Source: Paraglomus brasilianum (taxonomy: Eukaryota). From it: DNA of 64,000 nucleotides. Made by a program: the position numbers and the translations under genes. Where the stretch lies: assembly GCA_910592345.1 (NCBI GenBank), contig CAJVPI010000031.1, positions 1-64,000 on the forward strand. The letters are read 5' to 3'. The notes beneath the pieces were generated by a model. It saw nothing but the letters and a program-made list of their open reading frames with translations, was not told where the DNA came from and did not search any database. Of the stretch, positions 52,365 to 64,000 are shown piece by piece; position 1 is the first letter of the stretch; the number at the start of each line of letters is the position of its first letter.

Positions 52365-55300
52365 ATGAAGCCTACAGTACGCTTCAATACTCCATATGCG
52401 GAAGATGACGATGACGACGACTCTCGTGTACAGCGACAAGACATTCCCACTCACCCCGACGGTTTAGAGTACGAGGAATCCTATGAAGAACACAGGTCTG
52501 CATTAGTCTATTTTCTAAGTGACGTAGCCAGTACTGACAGTAAAACAGTTTGCAGCTCATTTTTCACTTTTGTTTGTTATTCATTACTTTCCCATTTCTT
52601 TCCCACATGAAAGTATAAAGAACCACGCCTACAATACTAGTGAAACGTACGACGAGAAATACGATATAGAACGTAGTAGAAACATAGATAATGCACGACA
52701 GCCGCATCATAATCAACGGTCACAGCGTTATGATCAACGACTCCGAACAAATGATGGACAGAACAAGAACATTGGAGCAAAGAGAGATTCGCACAATGCC
52801 CATAACGGACGAGATCCATACAGGGGACAATATAATCCATATCACTTCCGCCGCATGAGCAGACAAGATTCTATAGATGACTCTGACTTGCATGAATACA
52901 GGATAGAAAATCTCGATTGGGATGACGATCCTGTGTCAGATGCGTCAGATGATAACAGACATCATAATTACGACAAAACACATGACCACTATGACGACGA
53001 TTGCGAGTTATTCAATCGCCGAGCATCCATGATATTTCACGAAAGTCAGAAAGAGAGATTGGAATGGCAGAATATGCTGGCAGCTGTGTTGAAAGGTGAA
53101 ATAATAAAATCCGAAAAACGTCGATTATCGAGAGGAAAGCAGAGGGAACAGGTGAATAACATGAATCAGATATGGTGGGGTTTACGATCTATGACACACG
53201 GTCATTCAGTTACTGAAGAGAGGGCCTTTATAGAAGAACAACGTCAACAAGTAGATGGTGTATTACAAGAAGTCATTAATTTTGCTCTCAAACCGGGTGA
53301 TGTTCCTGCCATAGATCAAGTGGCAGAGCTATTGCAAAGGGTAGATAAATGTGAGAGTTTATATCCATCGCGTAAGATGATGATGGAGAGCAAGCCATTA
53401 TACAAATCATCCGAATTAGAATATACCCTGGATGCACTAAACTCATGGTTGACAGTGACACGCAGTCTGCAGACTCAGTTAAAAATTCTACAAAACTGGA
53501 CGGTTAGCGAGACCCTGGAAATTGCTCGTCCTAACGATGCTCCTCCAGATGCGGAGAATCCATCGTTCATAGAAAGAATATTAAAAGAGAATGGTCTTAA
53601 AAGAACATTCGAGAAGAGGACTCTGTCTACTCTTAATTCTCTGTTAGGGAAGGCTAAAAGAGTCATGATAGACAATGCTGACGCGTTTGCCAAGATGAAA
53701 CTGCCTCCATATATCAATGAATTACAAAAACTGCTCAATTTTCCCACGAAATTGATGGAAGAATGCATGAAGTTACTTTTGGAATACGCTAATCGTTTGA
53801 CTTCTCCTACTATAGTCATGATTCAACAGACAATGGATGATTTTCGTATTGCCTTGGAACTAGCCTGTCAAATCAAACATCAATATCTTGAATTAATGAC
53901 ACCTGCTCCCGGGTGGGAAATTCCTCCCTGTATAGACAAGAACTATAACAAGGTGTTGTTGGATTCATTAAAGTTCTACTTTAAACTATTACAATGGAAA
54001 TTGAAGAACGGGATAAAGGCTGTAACAGTCAAAGAAGCAGAAATGTTGGATAATGAATGGCAATTTCTCAATCGAATATGTCGACGCATTGAAGGTGGGG
54101 AGTCCACGGTTGCCGTACAATTCTGGTGAGTGTTCATACTGTAAGAACGACCGATCTGAATAAGCGGTGACTGACACATTCTTAAGGATAACATTAGTAT
54201 ACAATTTGGAAGAAAGAAAGAAGCGCTGTTTCTCACCAAGATTACAATTCTATTAGTATATTAAACAATAAACTACTTCAGAGCATCATATCGTCCTTGG
54301 AATCTCAACTCAAGCTACCAGAGAGCTTTGACAATGCTGACAAGGCGAAGTGGTATAACAAATGCTTGGAGAACATACGGTTAAGAACACGAAAGCTATT
54401 ACGTTTTACTAGGTAACTATTCATTGTTGAGAGATGCAATACAGACAAGTGGTCGGATAGGGATTCTTCATGACAATAATTTAGTATAGTAACTGACGTT
54501 AGTTCTCTTGTCTAGATATTTGATTGAACAACTAGAAAACGCTTCAGAATACTACATCGAAGACGAACGCTACCCTGCGTTTATTGAATCTCTCAGACAA
54601 TCGAATCATGTGCTTATTGCTTCGGAGAACACGGAAAGCAGTGAATTCACCATTGTAGCCACGCCATCACTTGCCGAGCAACCAGAGAGGATAATGCAAA
54701 TGTTGAGATCAATCCTCGCTCCGACTAATCACGAGAAACCGAATATTCACGATAGGCGGAATGCTTACGATAGGCGGAATGCTTACGACGACGAAAACGA
54801 ACCAGACGAATACGAATACGTTCTTGTTCTCTCTCCACCAATGGCCTTTGAATGGACAGGTCAATTCATACAAACTTCGATGGTTAATCTAGATTTCCCT
54901 GATTTTAAGAGATATCGGACACGCCTAGTCGCAGACGGTGCATCAGGCAGGTTACAGAATTGTAAGAAGAAATTCAGTGGATGCGTTGATGGACTAGAAA
55001 TGAAATGTGTTTTAGAGACAAGAGCCAATGTATGTAATGTAAATAGAGAATTAACGAAAGTTAAAAAGACAGCACTTAGGTTCGTCAATATCCTCATCGA
55101 CAGCGTGGGTAGCATTCGAAAGAGTATCGAAGGAGTACAAGATCAAGACTTGATTGAGAATTGCTTTGGGTTTGCCACAGAGGTAGGATCACAATGCCTC
55201 AGATACATGCATCGAGATCAAGTGCGAGTCGATCTAAACGAAAAACTGACCAAATTGGCTACCGAATGGGTTAGTTTTATATGCGATGATTGTATACCGA

Positions 55301-57168
55301 CCGATCGTAAGACATATCGATGGGCAGTGAATGCATTAGAGTTTGCTATGACTACCAATAGAGGAAATAATATTCTGGGATTATCAGAGGAAGAGTTTGA
55401 GAAATTAAAAGAAAAAGTCTCATTGTGTATGAGATTGTTGGTTCAACACGTGGATATCGGCGGTGCTAAATCGACACGAGAAGCACAGGAGAGAGAGCAA
55501 GTAGAGGTAGCTGGAGTGTTAGCAGACAGGAAAAAGAAGAACACTGCTGGTAATTCTAGCAACAAGGCAACCGATTCGCTGACACTTCGACAAGAGATGA
55601 TGAGTGCATTACGTGAACTAGAAACAAGGAGATTACAGTCGCAAATGGAGAATCGATTGATAGGAAAGGTGCTAGATGACAATCAGCCTGAGTATAGACC
55701 ACTGGTATTTCTTGCGTCGTCAAGTTCCAACATATCACTCAGATGGCAGCAAGGCAAGTTTCTTGGTGCTGGTACGTTCGGATCCGTATATTTGGCTGTG
55801 AATCTGGACTCGGGAGAGTTGATGGCTGTCAAAGAGATAAGATTTCCCGACCCGTCATCTCTAACGACATTGTACAAGTCTGTTAAGGAGGAAATGTCAG
55901 TTATGGAAAAGCTCAATCATCCCAACATAGTATCGTATTATGGAATTGAAGTACATCGTGATAAGGTGTATATATTTATGGAATATTGTCAAGGCGGATC
56001 TCTTAGCAGTCTGCTAGATCATGGGCGCATTGAAAATGAGACTGTGATACAGTGTTATACATATCAGATGTTGAAAGGGATATCATATTTACATGACAGT
56101 GATGTTATACATCGAGATGTTAAGCCAGATAGTAAGTAGTGCAACTGAATTTATAGTAACCAGTTTATTACTTTATCCTAAGTCATATATACTAACTAAT
56201 TTGTCCTCTCATCTCGGCGCGTGTCTGTGCTTATCCATTAGATATCCTCCTTGATCATGCGGGAGTTATTAAATTTGTGGATTTTGGAGCTGCCAAGATA
56301 CTCGCCAAGAATCAAAAGACGATGGGTAGGACGACCATGGGAATACGTACTGGTGCAAATAGCCTAACGGGAACGCCGATGTACATGGTAAATATATTAT
56401 AATAGCATACAATTCTGCAGGTTGTATATCTTCTATGCAACTAACTTATCCTTATCTAATGAATAGGCACCAGAAATAATTACTGGGGGAGAGAAAGGTC
56501 GGAAAGGTTCAATGGACATTTGGTCTCTGGGTTGCTGTGTTTTGGAAATGGCAACTGGACGTCGACCATGGCATAATCTCGACAATGAATGGGCAGTGAT
56601 GTATCACGTGGTCACGGGACATCCTCCTCTTCCAGACCCGTCTCAATTGTCTGAAAAGGGGATAGACTTTCTCAAACAGTGCTTCATTCAGTCGGCAGTT
56701 GTCCGTCCAACAGCAAAGGAGCTTCTCCAACACTCATGGATAAGAGAGTTTTCTGACGTATTCGAACCTATCAATGGGAACGGAGAAAATAACAGTTACA
56801 ATACTAGTTCAACCGAAGGTCTAGTGGTGGTTTCTAATGCTGATGAGATAAGTGAGATAGGAGATGATGACGATGATGGAGGATATGGAGGCATGGGAGA
56901 TGATAAATATGACGATGATTACGAGATGGTGAGAACGATCGAGTCATCATCGAATGGTAGCATGTACTTGATGCAAGACGCGGCGCTATCCGAAACTTCA
57001 ATGATCAGTGTGGAGAGTGAGGCAGGGTTAGGAAATGTGCATAATGGGGGAAACGAAGCAAACTTGAACGTGGTGAGCGAGATGGCGTCGGAAGAAATAC
57101 GAAAAGTAGATGAAACGACAAGTAAACCGTTGAATGGAATAAGTGGTGATGTGATATCATTTAATTAA
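52365..57168 (+). CDS. SSK2: Ssk2/Wis4/Win1-type MAP kinase kinase kinase (HOG pathway)
   Basis: ERLEWQNMLAAVLKGEIIKSEKRR N-terminal block; WVSFICDDCIPTDRKTYRWAV.ALEF; kinase WQQGKFLGAGTFGSVY, MAVKEIR, HRDVKPD, DFG, GTPMYMAPE, DIWSLGC; five introns. Confidence 0.95.
54751..54786 (+). repeat. Perfect 18-bp in-frame tandem duplication in the MAPKKK (DRRNAY x2)
   Basis: GATAGGCGGAATGCTTAC twice. Confidence 0.95.
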
Positions 57169-58095
57169 TCAAAATTATATTTAATGCTTGCGTCGCTGGC
57201 TGGGATACATCTTGTTGATTATCGGTGCCGGAAGTTCTATTCTTGTAATTTCTTTATGGTTCCCAATTTTGCTGTGACATATAAACTCTTCTAATAAAGA
57301 TTTGTTGTTATAATGGAAAAAAAGGAAATCATTTCCGCTGTAGTGCTGTAGTACGTATATTCTCTTTTTGTGTCAGTTTTGCTAATTGCTAATAATAAAA
57401 TGATCGCATAATCTAATCGTTAATCATTAATAAACGCAACTCGCTCATTGCGGGCGAATCTCGGCCTGGCCATTTTCCGGCATCTTGTTTCCTCACCATC
57501 AGAACTGGTCAACAAACGTTAGCACTCTTTTATTGTTGATACTCTTCGTCGGAATGGATAATAACCATTTAAAGTCAACAAAAGCCAAGCATTTCTGCAC
57601 AGTGTGGTCGTGCGAACAATATATTATGACAATAGCGATGAATAATAGAAATAACCGTACTATAATGATATTGTTTGTAAGACTTTTTTAACGACGATAT
57701 TTTAATATCTCCAACGATCTTTCTTACTTGCTAATTTAGGACGACAATTGAACCAATTAATTCCGTAGGTACAGTATAATAATAAATCATCATAATATTA
57801 ATTAATGTTAATATTTGATATTAATATGTTAAACTGTTCCATTAATTTGCTTAATTGCAAGTAGCGAATCATTTAATAAATTATTTCAAAGTTCAACGCT
57901 TTTCGTATTTGCAGTTCATTTTCCACTTCAAATGACTCCTTTATTTTAACGTGCGGTTATCATTTTGCCGCCGTGTAATATATATTGTTTTATCTACAAC
58001 TACATGATATTGCCCACTCTAGTTTTTCTAGATTATTGAAATGTAAAACGAACGTAAATATATCCAATGTAGAGTACATATTGATTAAATTACGA

Positions 58096-58745
58096 TTACA
58101 ATAAGACGGAAGCAACAAGGGCGGTGAAGAGTGCGCCGAAGGTTGCACCAAAGGTCGCGGCACCAGAACCATAACCGCCAGAACCAGAAGAGCTAGAACC
58201 AGAAGAACCAGAACCAGAAGAACCGGAACCGGAAGAACCGGAACCGGAAGAACCAGTGGAACCACCTGAGGTGCTGTTAGTGGTGGCATTGCCTCCAGCA
58301 CCACCACCGACAGTGAGAACCAATTTCATATTTCCTACTGCACAATGTTGAGCGACACCACAGTAGAACCATAACTACAAAATCAAGCATAAAATGTGTG
58401 AGTTGCAAGGGATCAAGAATTGAGTCAAGGTAAATTTTTTATATTAGAGTAGTAGCTTACCTTGGGCATACCAGCGGGGACCTTGAAAGTTGATGTACCA
58501 GTGGATTGTGGGGCGACCTTGAAGGCATTTGCTTGAGCTGATGGATTGCAGGTACCGTCATCAGCTTGAATGACACTGTGTGGGCCACTAACCCACATGA
58601 AGGTGATGGTAGAACCAGCGGAGGTAGTGCCAGTGGCTGGGTTGAACTTTTGACCACCATCTCCTACTTTAATAGTCATATCCTGAGCAGCTACAAGAGC
58701 AACGAGGGCAACGAAAGCGAAGAAAAGAGCAATGACGCGCTTCAT
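58096..58745 (-). CDS. Secreted, probably GPI-anchored cupredoxin (type-1 copper) protein
   Basis: Signal peptide MKRVIALFFAFVALVALVAA; GPHSVIQ; after one intron LWFYCGVAQHCAVGNM (H, C, H, M ligands); GSSGS repeats; hydrophobic C-terminal tail. Confidence 0.9.
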
Positions 58746-59100
58746 TTTGTTTGAAATGTACGTGTAGTGTGTGATGTATGAAGTGGTTTAGTTGATTATC
58801 GTCTATCCAGTAGACAAGTTCTTTATGCAGGAGTTTGAATTTCGAAAGCAAGGAAAATGCCCGTGTTTAAATATCTAAATTTTCGAGGAGCACAGGTTTG
58901 ATCTTGGGCGCAGTCACAAAGTAAATACAGCCGTTTAATATGCCATTGTATTGTCTTTATACTAAAATTATAAATTACTGTCTGTTATTGGTAAGTGCAA
59001 ATAAATTTCCTTTATTAATGACTATAGATGAGAAACAACTAAGGAAATTGGGGTACAGGACAATCTGGAGTGTTACAAAATTAATAACATTTATATTGCG

Positions 59101-59285
59101 TCTTTTCCGCTATTAGCACATTGTTTATTAGAAAAAAGCTGAAACTCAAAGGAGATTGGTGCGAGCCCTTTTTTGCTACTAGCACATGGTCGTTAGAACA
59201 AAGCTGAAACTCCATAAGGAGTATGGTATGAGTCTTTTTTGCTATTAGCACCGGGTTTATTAGGTGAAACTGATAAGGAGGGAGG
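59101..59285. repeat. Three-copy 66-bp tandem repeat carrying palindrome YGCTAnTAGCA
   Basis: Palindromes start at 59108, 59174, 59240; each unit also has TGAAACT..AAGGAG. Confidence 0.85.
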
Positions 59286-59360
59286 GTATTTTCCACATGC
59301 CGTGTGACCGAAATGTGCCACATTCTAAAATAATAACAGCTTAATAATCATACTAAATAC

Positions 59361-59368
59361 TAACAATA

Positions 59369-59431
<63 letters not shown>

Positions 59432-59520
59432 TAATAACCATACTAACAACACAACAACAACAACAGCGACAACAACAATAATATAACAACAACAATAATA
59501 ATAAAACAGCAACAACAAGA
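59361..59520. repeat. (AAT)n / (AAC)n compound microsatellite
   Basis: Directly visible; source of the spurious poly-Ile and poly-Leu ORFs. Confidence 0.97.
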
Positions 59521-59559
59521 GAAATAGCAAAACGAAGCACAATAGCCTGTTTAACTTTA

Positions 59560-60916
59560 TTATTCACAAATATATTTTGGGTTTTTAGTATAATGATAGC
59601 AAATCTGATTCATGCTGTAACGATAGGGATGCGGCTGAATATTTGAGGCAAGGTCTCTTAATTCAACTAATTTGTACCAACCGCTGTTCTCGATGATATC
59701 CCCCTCATCATTACTATTATTATCCATTTCCGCATCCGCTCCTGTTTCCATATTTGGTTGTTCATAAGACGACAAGGAAGCTAGAGCCCCACTTTTACAT
59801 ATTTCTTCCCATTTACACGCCAAGACATTATCTAAATCCGGAAATGGGTTAGTCAATGGCGGTTGTAAGTTCGTTTCACCTGGTCCCTCCATGTCGATCG
59901 TAACTGTATTGATAAAAATAAAAAAGAGTTATACCAACTCTTTCTACACTTTTCACCGCACCCGAGCACCGCACCCCCTCACCTCCTCACATCTTAAACA
60001 CAACTGTTTGACAAAAAGCCCATCGGAATTGCCGTGTATGGCAATGATACTTACTAACAGCTCGCAAACCAAACCAAGGACCATATTTAGGATGTATGCT
60101 TAGAAAGCAATTAGGGTTGTAATATGCAAATGAGGCGGATGTCATTAATTGCTGAAATGACACTAATCTTTCCGGTGTTACTTCGTAAGCATATCTGATA
60201 TCATAAGCAAGACTCTTGGGGTAACGAGCAACAAGATTCGAGACAACGTGTTCAATGCAAATGTTTGTGTATGTGTCCAAGGGGTGTTTTTGGGAATTGA
60301 GATTATGGCGTACATACGAGGTGAAAATATGCCACAAATGCTGTCGTGAATATTGTAATTAAAGTCAACATTTTGCTCCTGCATGCATGTTATACAACAA
60401 ATGGAGGTTATCGATGACTATTCTCAACCTTTGTATTGCCAACCAGCACAGCCAAGGTATTGGTGCGATCGAATGTTGTCAATGGCTCATGCGTCTTTAC
60501 CCCTGTATTGTATCTTTTGTACAGCAGAGAGGGTTGGTGTTTTGCATCAGATGGGAAAAAAAGTTTAGTATGTATGACACAAGGGGTGGGGTAGGGGTGG
60601 GGTAGGTAGGAGAAGTGCATAATGACAAATATTGATAAGACTTGAGTACAGCAATACTTTGATACAGCTGTCTTGCATTTGGCCTCCTTTGTGTCAGGAA
60701 GAAAAGGAAAGCATACACGCATACACGCATACACGCATACACGCATACACAACATTATCTGTCCATTATGCTCGTTTTCCTATCATTATTCCAGTCACGT
60801 CATCCTTACCTTTGTGCGGAAAACGCATAAACTATATCAAATCCCAATGTATACAAGCACGCCCCTATCCTTGTTGTGAGGTTTACCCATTCATCAGCAC
60901 GTTGGGGCAAAGACAT
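59560..60916 (-). CDS. MMACHC: MMACHC/CblC-like cyanocobalamin reductase / alkylcobalamin dealkylase, four exons
   Basis: CCGCCATG start; LGFDIVYAFSAQR|YN..TLAVLVGNTK|HLWHIF..HPLDTY..LVSFQQL..SIHPKYGPWFGLRAV|ITID..LRD..YRYSMNQICYHY; corresponds to CblC motifs (human IHPRFGGWFAIRG, YS..Q..YF). Confidence 0.85.
60711..60750. repeat. (GCATACAC)5 microsatellite in MMACHC intron 1
   Basis: Five perfect 8-bp units. Confidence 0.95.
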
Positions 60917-63137
60917 GGCGGAACAAGAAGTTTATTGTTCCTTCTTCCTCCCTGGTAAAATGATTTCCAGCATCCAATCAGTATCGATTTGGGTTGTATT
61001 TGTACGTATGACAATGATTGTTCTGAAATAGAAAAAGGGGTTGAAAATAATTCACTATAGCATGTCTCGGACATAAATTACTCGACCCATTGGTGGTACT
61101 CTTTACAAATAAAGAAAACGTAATCACAAATTATCCGACAATTAAAATTGTGATTACTTCATAAATTACTTGTTCCGTTACAATAGTATGAATGACCCAT
61201 CTTTATTCTGTATATACATTTCTAAAGACAACAATGGTTATCTTTCATTGTGAAAATGACGTTGCTTTCAACTTTTAAAGAAGGAAGATTTTGGGGGGAA
61301 CGCTGACTGTGTTGCACAATTCATACAACTTTATTAAGCTTACACACGCCGTCTATTTTTCGCATCCTTGTTCGGCTTTTCTGAAGGAAAATATTAATAC
61401 ATTTATTAAAACCAATCAGAAAACCCCCCATCTGTTGCAGTATGAGCAGTTAAATTAGTTGAATTATTGCTGTTTATTATTCACAATGTAAAAGGGATAA
61501 ATAATTCTTTAAAAGGTTAATGTGATGTAATCAATTAATCAATTAACGTAACTCATATTCTCACAGGGATGTACAATCAAGATAACATCATATTCATAAT
61601 TATATCCGTTCTTCAAAACATCATCCTAATTTGTTGCTCTCCCGTACACTCTTGCACACGGATACATATCATCGTATCTATGAAAATACGGCGGTTAATA
61701 AAATATGCGTTTTTTGTAAGACAAAGAAATACTGATAAATGTAATTCCACTTTTTTTGTATACTTTCGTAAAAATGGTTGACGCGAAGCTCAAAGCTCAA
61801 GACAAACAATTAAACATTACTGGCTCAACGGCGCCATTTAGCCAAAGTAATACACGATTAACAAATTTTCCGTTTCGTACTGTTGAGCTGCATAATCTCA
61901 AAGAACCTGGAGAAACGGGTACCGTTGAGGAAACGAACGTAAAACCAAGGTTACACAAATAATATTGGCGTGGGAGGAATGGAATGGAGATCGATCCTAC
62001 TTTTTATTTGGTTTCAAAAATATTATTACACTGCAGGAGAAGAGCTGGCGTTTGCAACAGAACAATAATCTAACACGTCACGTGTGTAAGTTGCCGAGCA
62101 ATCCATTGCTGAAAATTCAGTCCATTTGATTGATTTGCAAATCATAAAGAATAACGTTGAAAAAAATACCGACAAGCTAATGAAATTTATGGGATTAAAT
62201 TCATCAGCCTCCATGAAAAGTAGATGCGAATCGATCTTGGCAAATTGTCGACGACCAAATTTATGTTTCAGGGCTATTGTAAACGGCTAGCCATTGTCGC
62301 GTCTAGATACCCCTTTTTGTAATTACGCACACGTTTCCTGCATGGTTTTGGCCCCTTATGCAAAACACTTGATCCTTGGACAAATACCTGGACAATCTCC
62401 TTTTTCACATGGTTAAAGTGAATTGGTATTTTGATCTATATATTAAAAGTACATACAGAAATATATGGTCTCCAATCAAAAAATATCGCGAGTGCTAAAT
62501 AGAGTTTTTGATGAAACGTGTACTTGGGAGGCGCGATCTCATATGTGGACTAGGTGTCAAAGTTTTATATTGCAACTCTTTGATTCCATAGTACGTGTGT
62601 AACGTGATTCTCTAAGCGGGATGGAAACCTGCCATTGAATTTTCACTAACCTGCCGACTCCTTAGTGGCGCAAACTTTTACTTTTACAAATGTTTGAAAT
62701 GGTCTTGGTAAATCTAGCGAGCTGTAGTGACTGATACATTTGTTATACAATGTTAGAATAATGCAATTTCATAAATTAGAAATTATCAATTATTTCACAA
62801 AGTAGTTTATTCTTAGATAATAATCTATAGTCCTCATGAAAATTACTCATGTTTATCAATCATCCTTAGCTCTCGCAGGCAATAAGCCTTGAATGTTCCT
62901 CTTTTCAAGCCCCTATTAGCAGCTTTATTATACAGTCGAGACGAAAACATCTCGGAAAAAGTCCGTAAGATGGAGTGATTCTAATCATGTAGTTGGAAAA
63001 TAAAAAATATGTATATATCAATCAAAACGTTTGTATAATTATCTGATCCATCTTTACCAATAGAACCCTTACCTAAAAATCATCATAATCAAGAACTCTA
63101 ATTCTTTCTATTAGTGTTTCCCATTTTTAGCTCGATG

Positions 63138-64000
63138 CTATGCGACGATTGTTGCCGTCGCATTTCTGACGACAAATCAAAGTTCTTGGAAAACAGCTCT
63201 GTCGGCAGACTGCTCGACGTAGGTGAGACAGTCTGTACTTTCGTGTTCTGATCATTCTTTTCCTGTTCAAGGTAACGCCTGGAAAGGTAAAAGCATCACA
63301 TTACTACAGATATTCTTGTAAAGAGTGCTACAATATGATAAAAACGTGGGAGGTACTGCGACGACGACAATCCAATCTCGTACATTCTTGCCTTCAGAAT
63401 CATTGCTTCTTTTCTTTTTCGCAGGATCTCTGCCCGCTTCTCAGCCGTTTGCTCCCAAGTCCTGGGTGGCTCTTCGGGAGCAGCATTCTTGGCCACTGCC
63501 TCTTCAAGCTGAAATCTATGGACAAGTGATTGTTGACTTGCATTAGTAATGGAGGACGACGACGAGGACGCGGACGAAGTCGAAGGGCTAGTAGACGGCT
63601 GCTGAGGAATGGCTGCGGGTGGCTACAAAACGCAACAAAAAAGATTAGAGATTTTCAGATAATTGGGACAGCTGAATAATAAACTTGCAAGAATGTTTTC
63701 TTTCTTCGTACCATGGGCAGAGTGCCACCATTCTGTAGAATATTGTCACATGTTACTTCGACTGAACCTGTCTTTTGAAGATCAAACTGTACTGCAGCTG
63801 GGGGGATGTTGGGAAACATAGCACATACCGTCTCCACCTACAGAACGTAGCAGATTCTACATAAGTGAAATCCTCTATTTATGTCGTAACCAACTAGAAG
63901 CAATCTCAAACCATTTCTGCCGTAACGGGCCGAGGACGCATTCTGAACTGATCCAGGGTTGTATTATGCGGTCTCCGTAAGGTTTGGGTCTCAGATGTCG
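63138..64000 (-). CDS. Cue1/Cue4-like CUE-domain ERAD factor (5' end outside the window)
   Basis: RPVTAEM|VETVCAMFPNIPPAAVQFDLQKTGSVEVTCDNIL (CUE, MFP motif); WEQTAEKRAEILRKRKEAMILKAR (Ubc7-binding-like region); three introns; TAG at 63138. Confidence 0.85.

Noticed and set aside
22123..55916. Antisense ORFs over the permease, ACO1, wc-2, coiled-coil, cactin and SSK2 genes
   Set aside because: Shadow frames of real coding exons.
59325..59567. Poly-Ile / poly-Leu membrane peptides in the ORF track
   Set aside because: Translations of the AAT/AAC microsatellite.
61756..62214. Small gene between MMACHC and the CUE gene
   Set aside because: Short ORFs on both strands with no motif or coherent splice model.

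Overview
Eukaryotic, intron-rich fungal nuclear DNA, most likely an early-diverging Mucoromycota-type fungus. This is an inference from intron style, a cobalamin-processing CblC/MMACHC gene and the transposon/Crinkler relics. About 1-14.5 kb is a nested transposon and pseudogene graveyard (pogo ends, Sola-like, Academ/DUF6589-like, Tc1, Crinkler-type REase, Mrr-like, kinase fragment), parts of it almost free of CpG. The rest holds 12 spliced genes that I assembled by hand: RPS5, an SLC41/MgtE transporter, an APC permease, aconitase, a White collar-2-like PAS-GATA factor, a coiled-coil protein, RPL17, cactin, an Ssk2-type MAPKKK, a GPI-type cupredoxin, MMACHC/CblC and a partial Cue1-like protein. 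MITEs and an intron-bearing pogo pseudogene lie between them. The most striking unexplained signals are (1) a compact multi-helix RNA-like fold at ~36.63-36.77 kb, (2) a repeat-spacer array at 865-1095, (3) near-identical tandem intron copies at ~35 kb, (4) a palindromic two-strand splice donor in the RPL17/cactin head-to-head junction, and (5) a 66-bp-phased palindrome array upstream of the cupredoxin gene. No database searches were run; family calls rest on motif recognition and exon boundaries are by eye.
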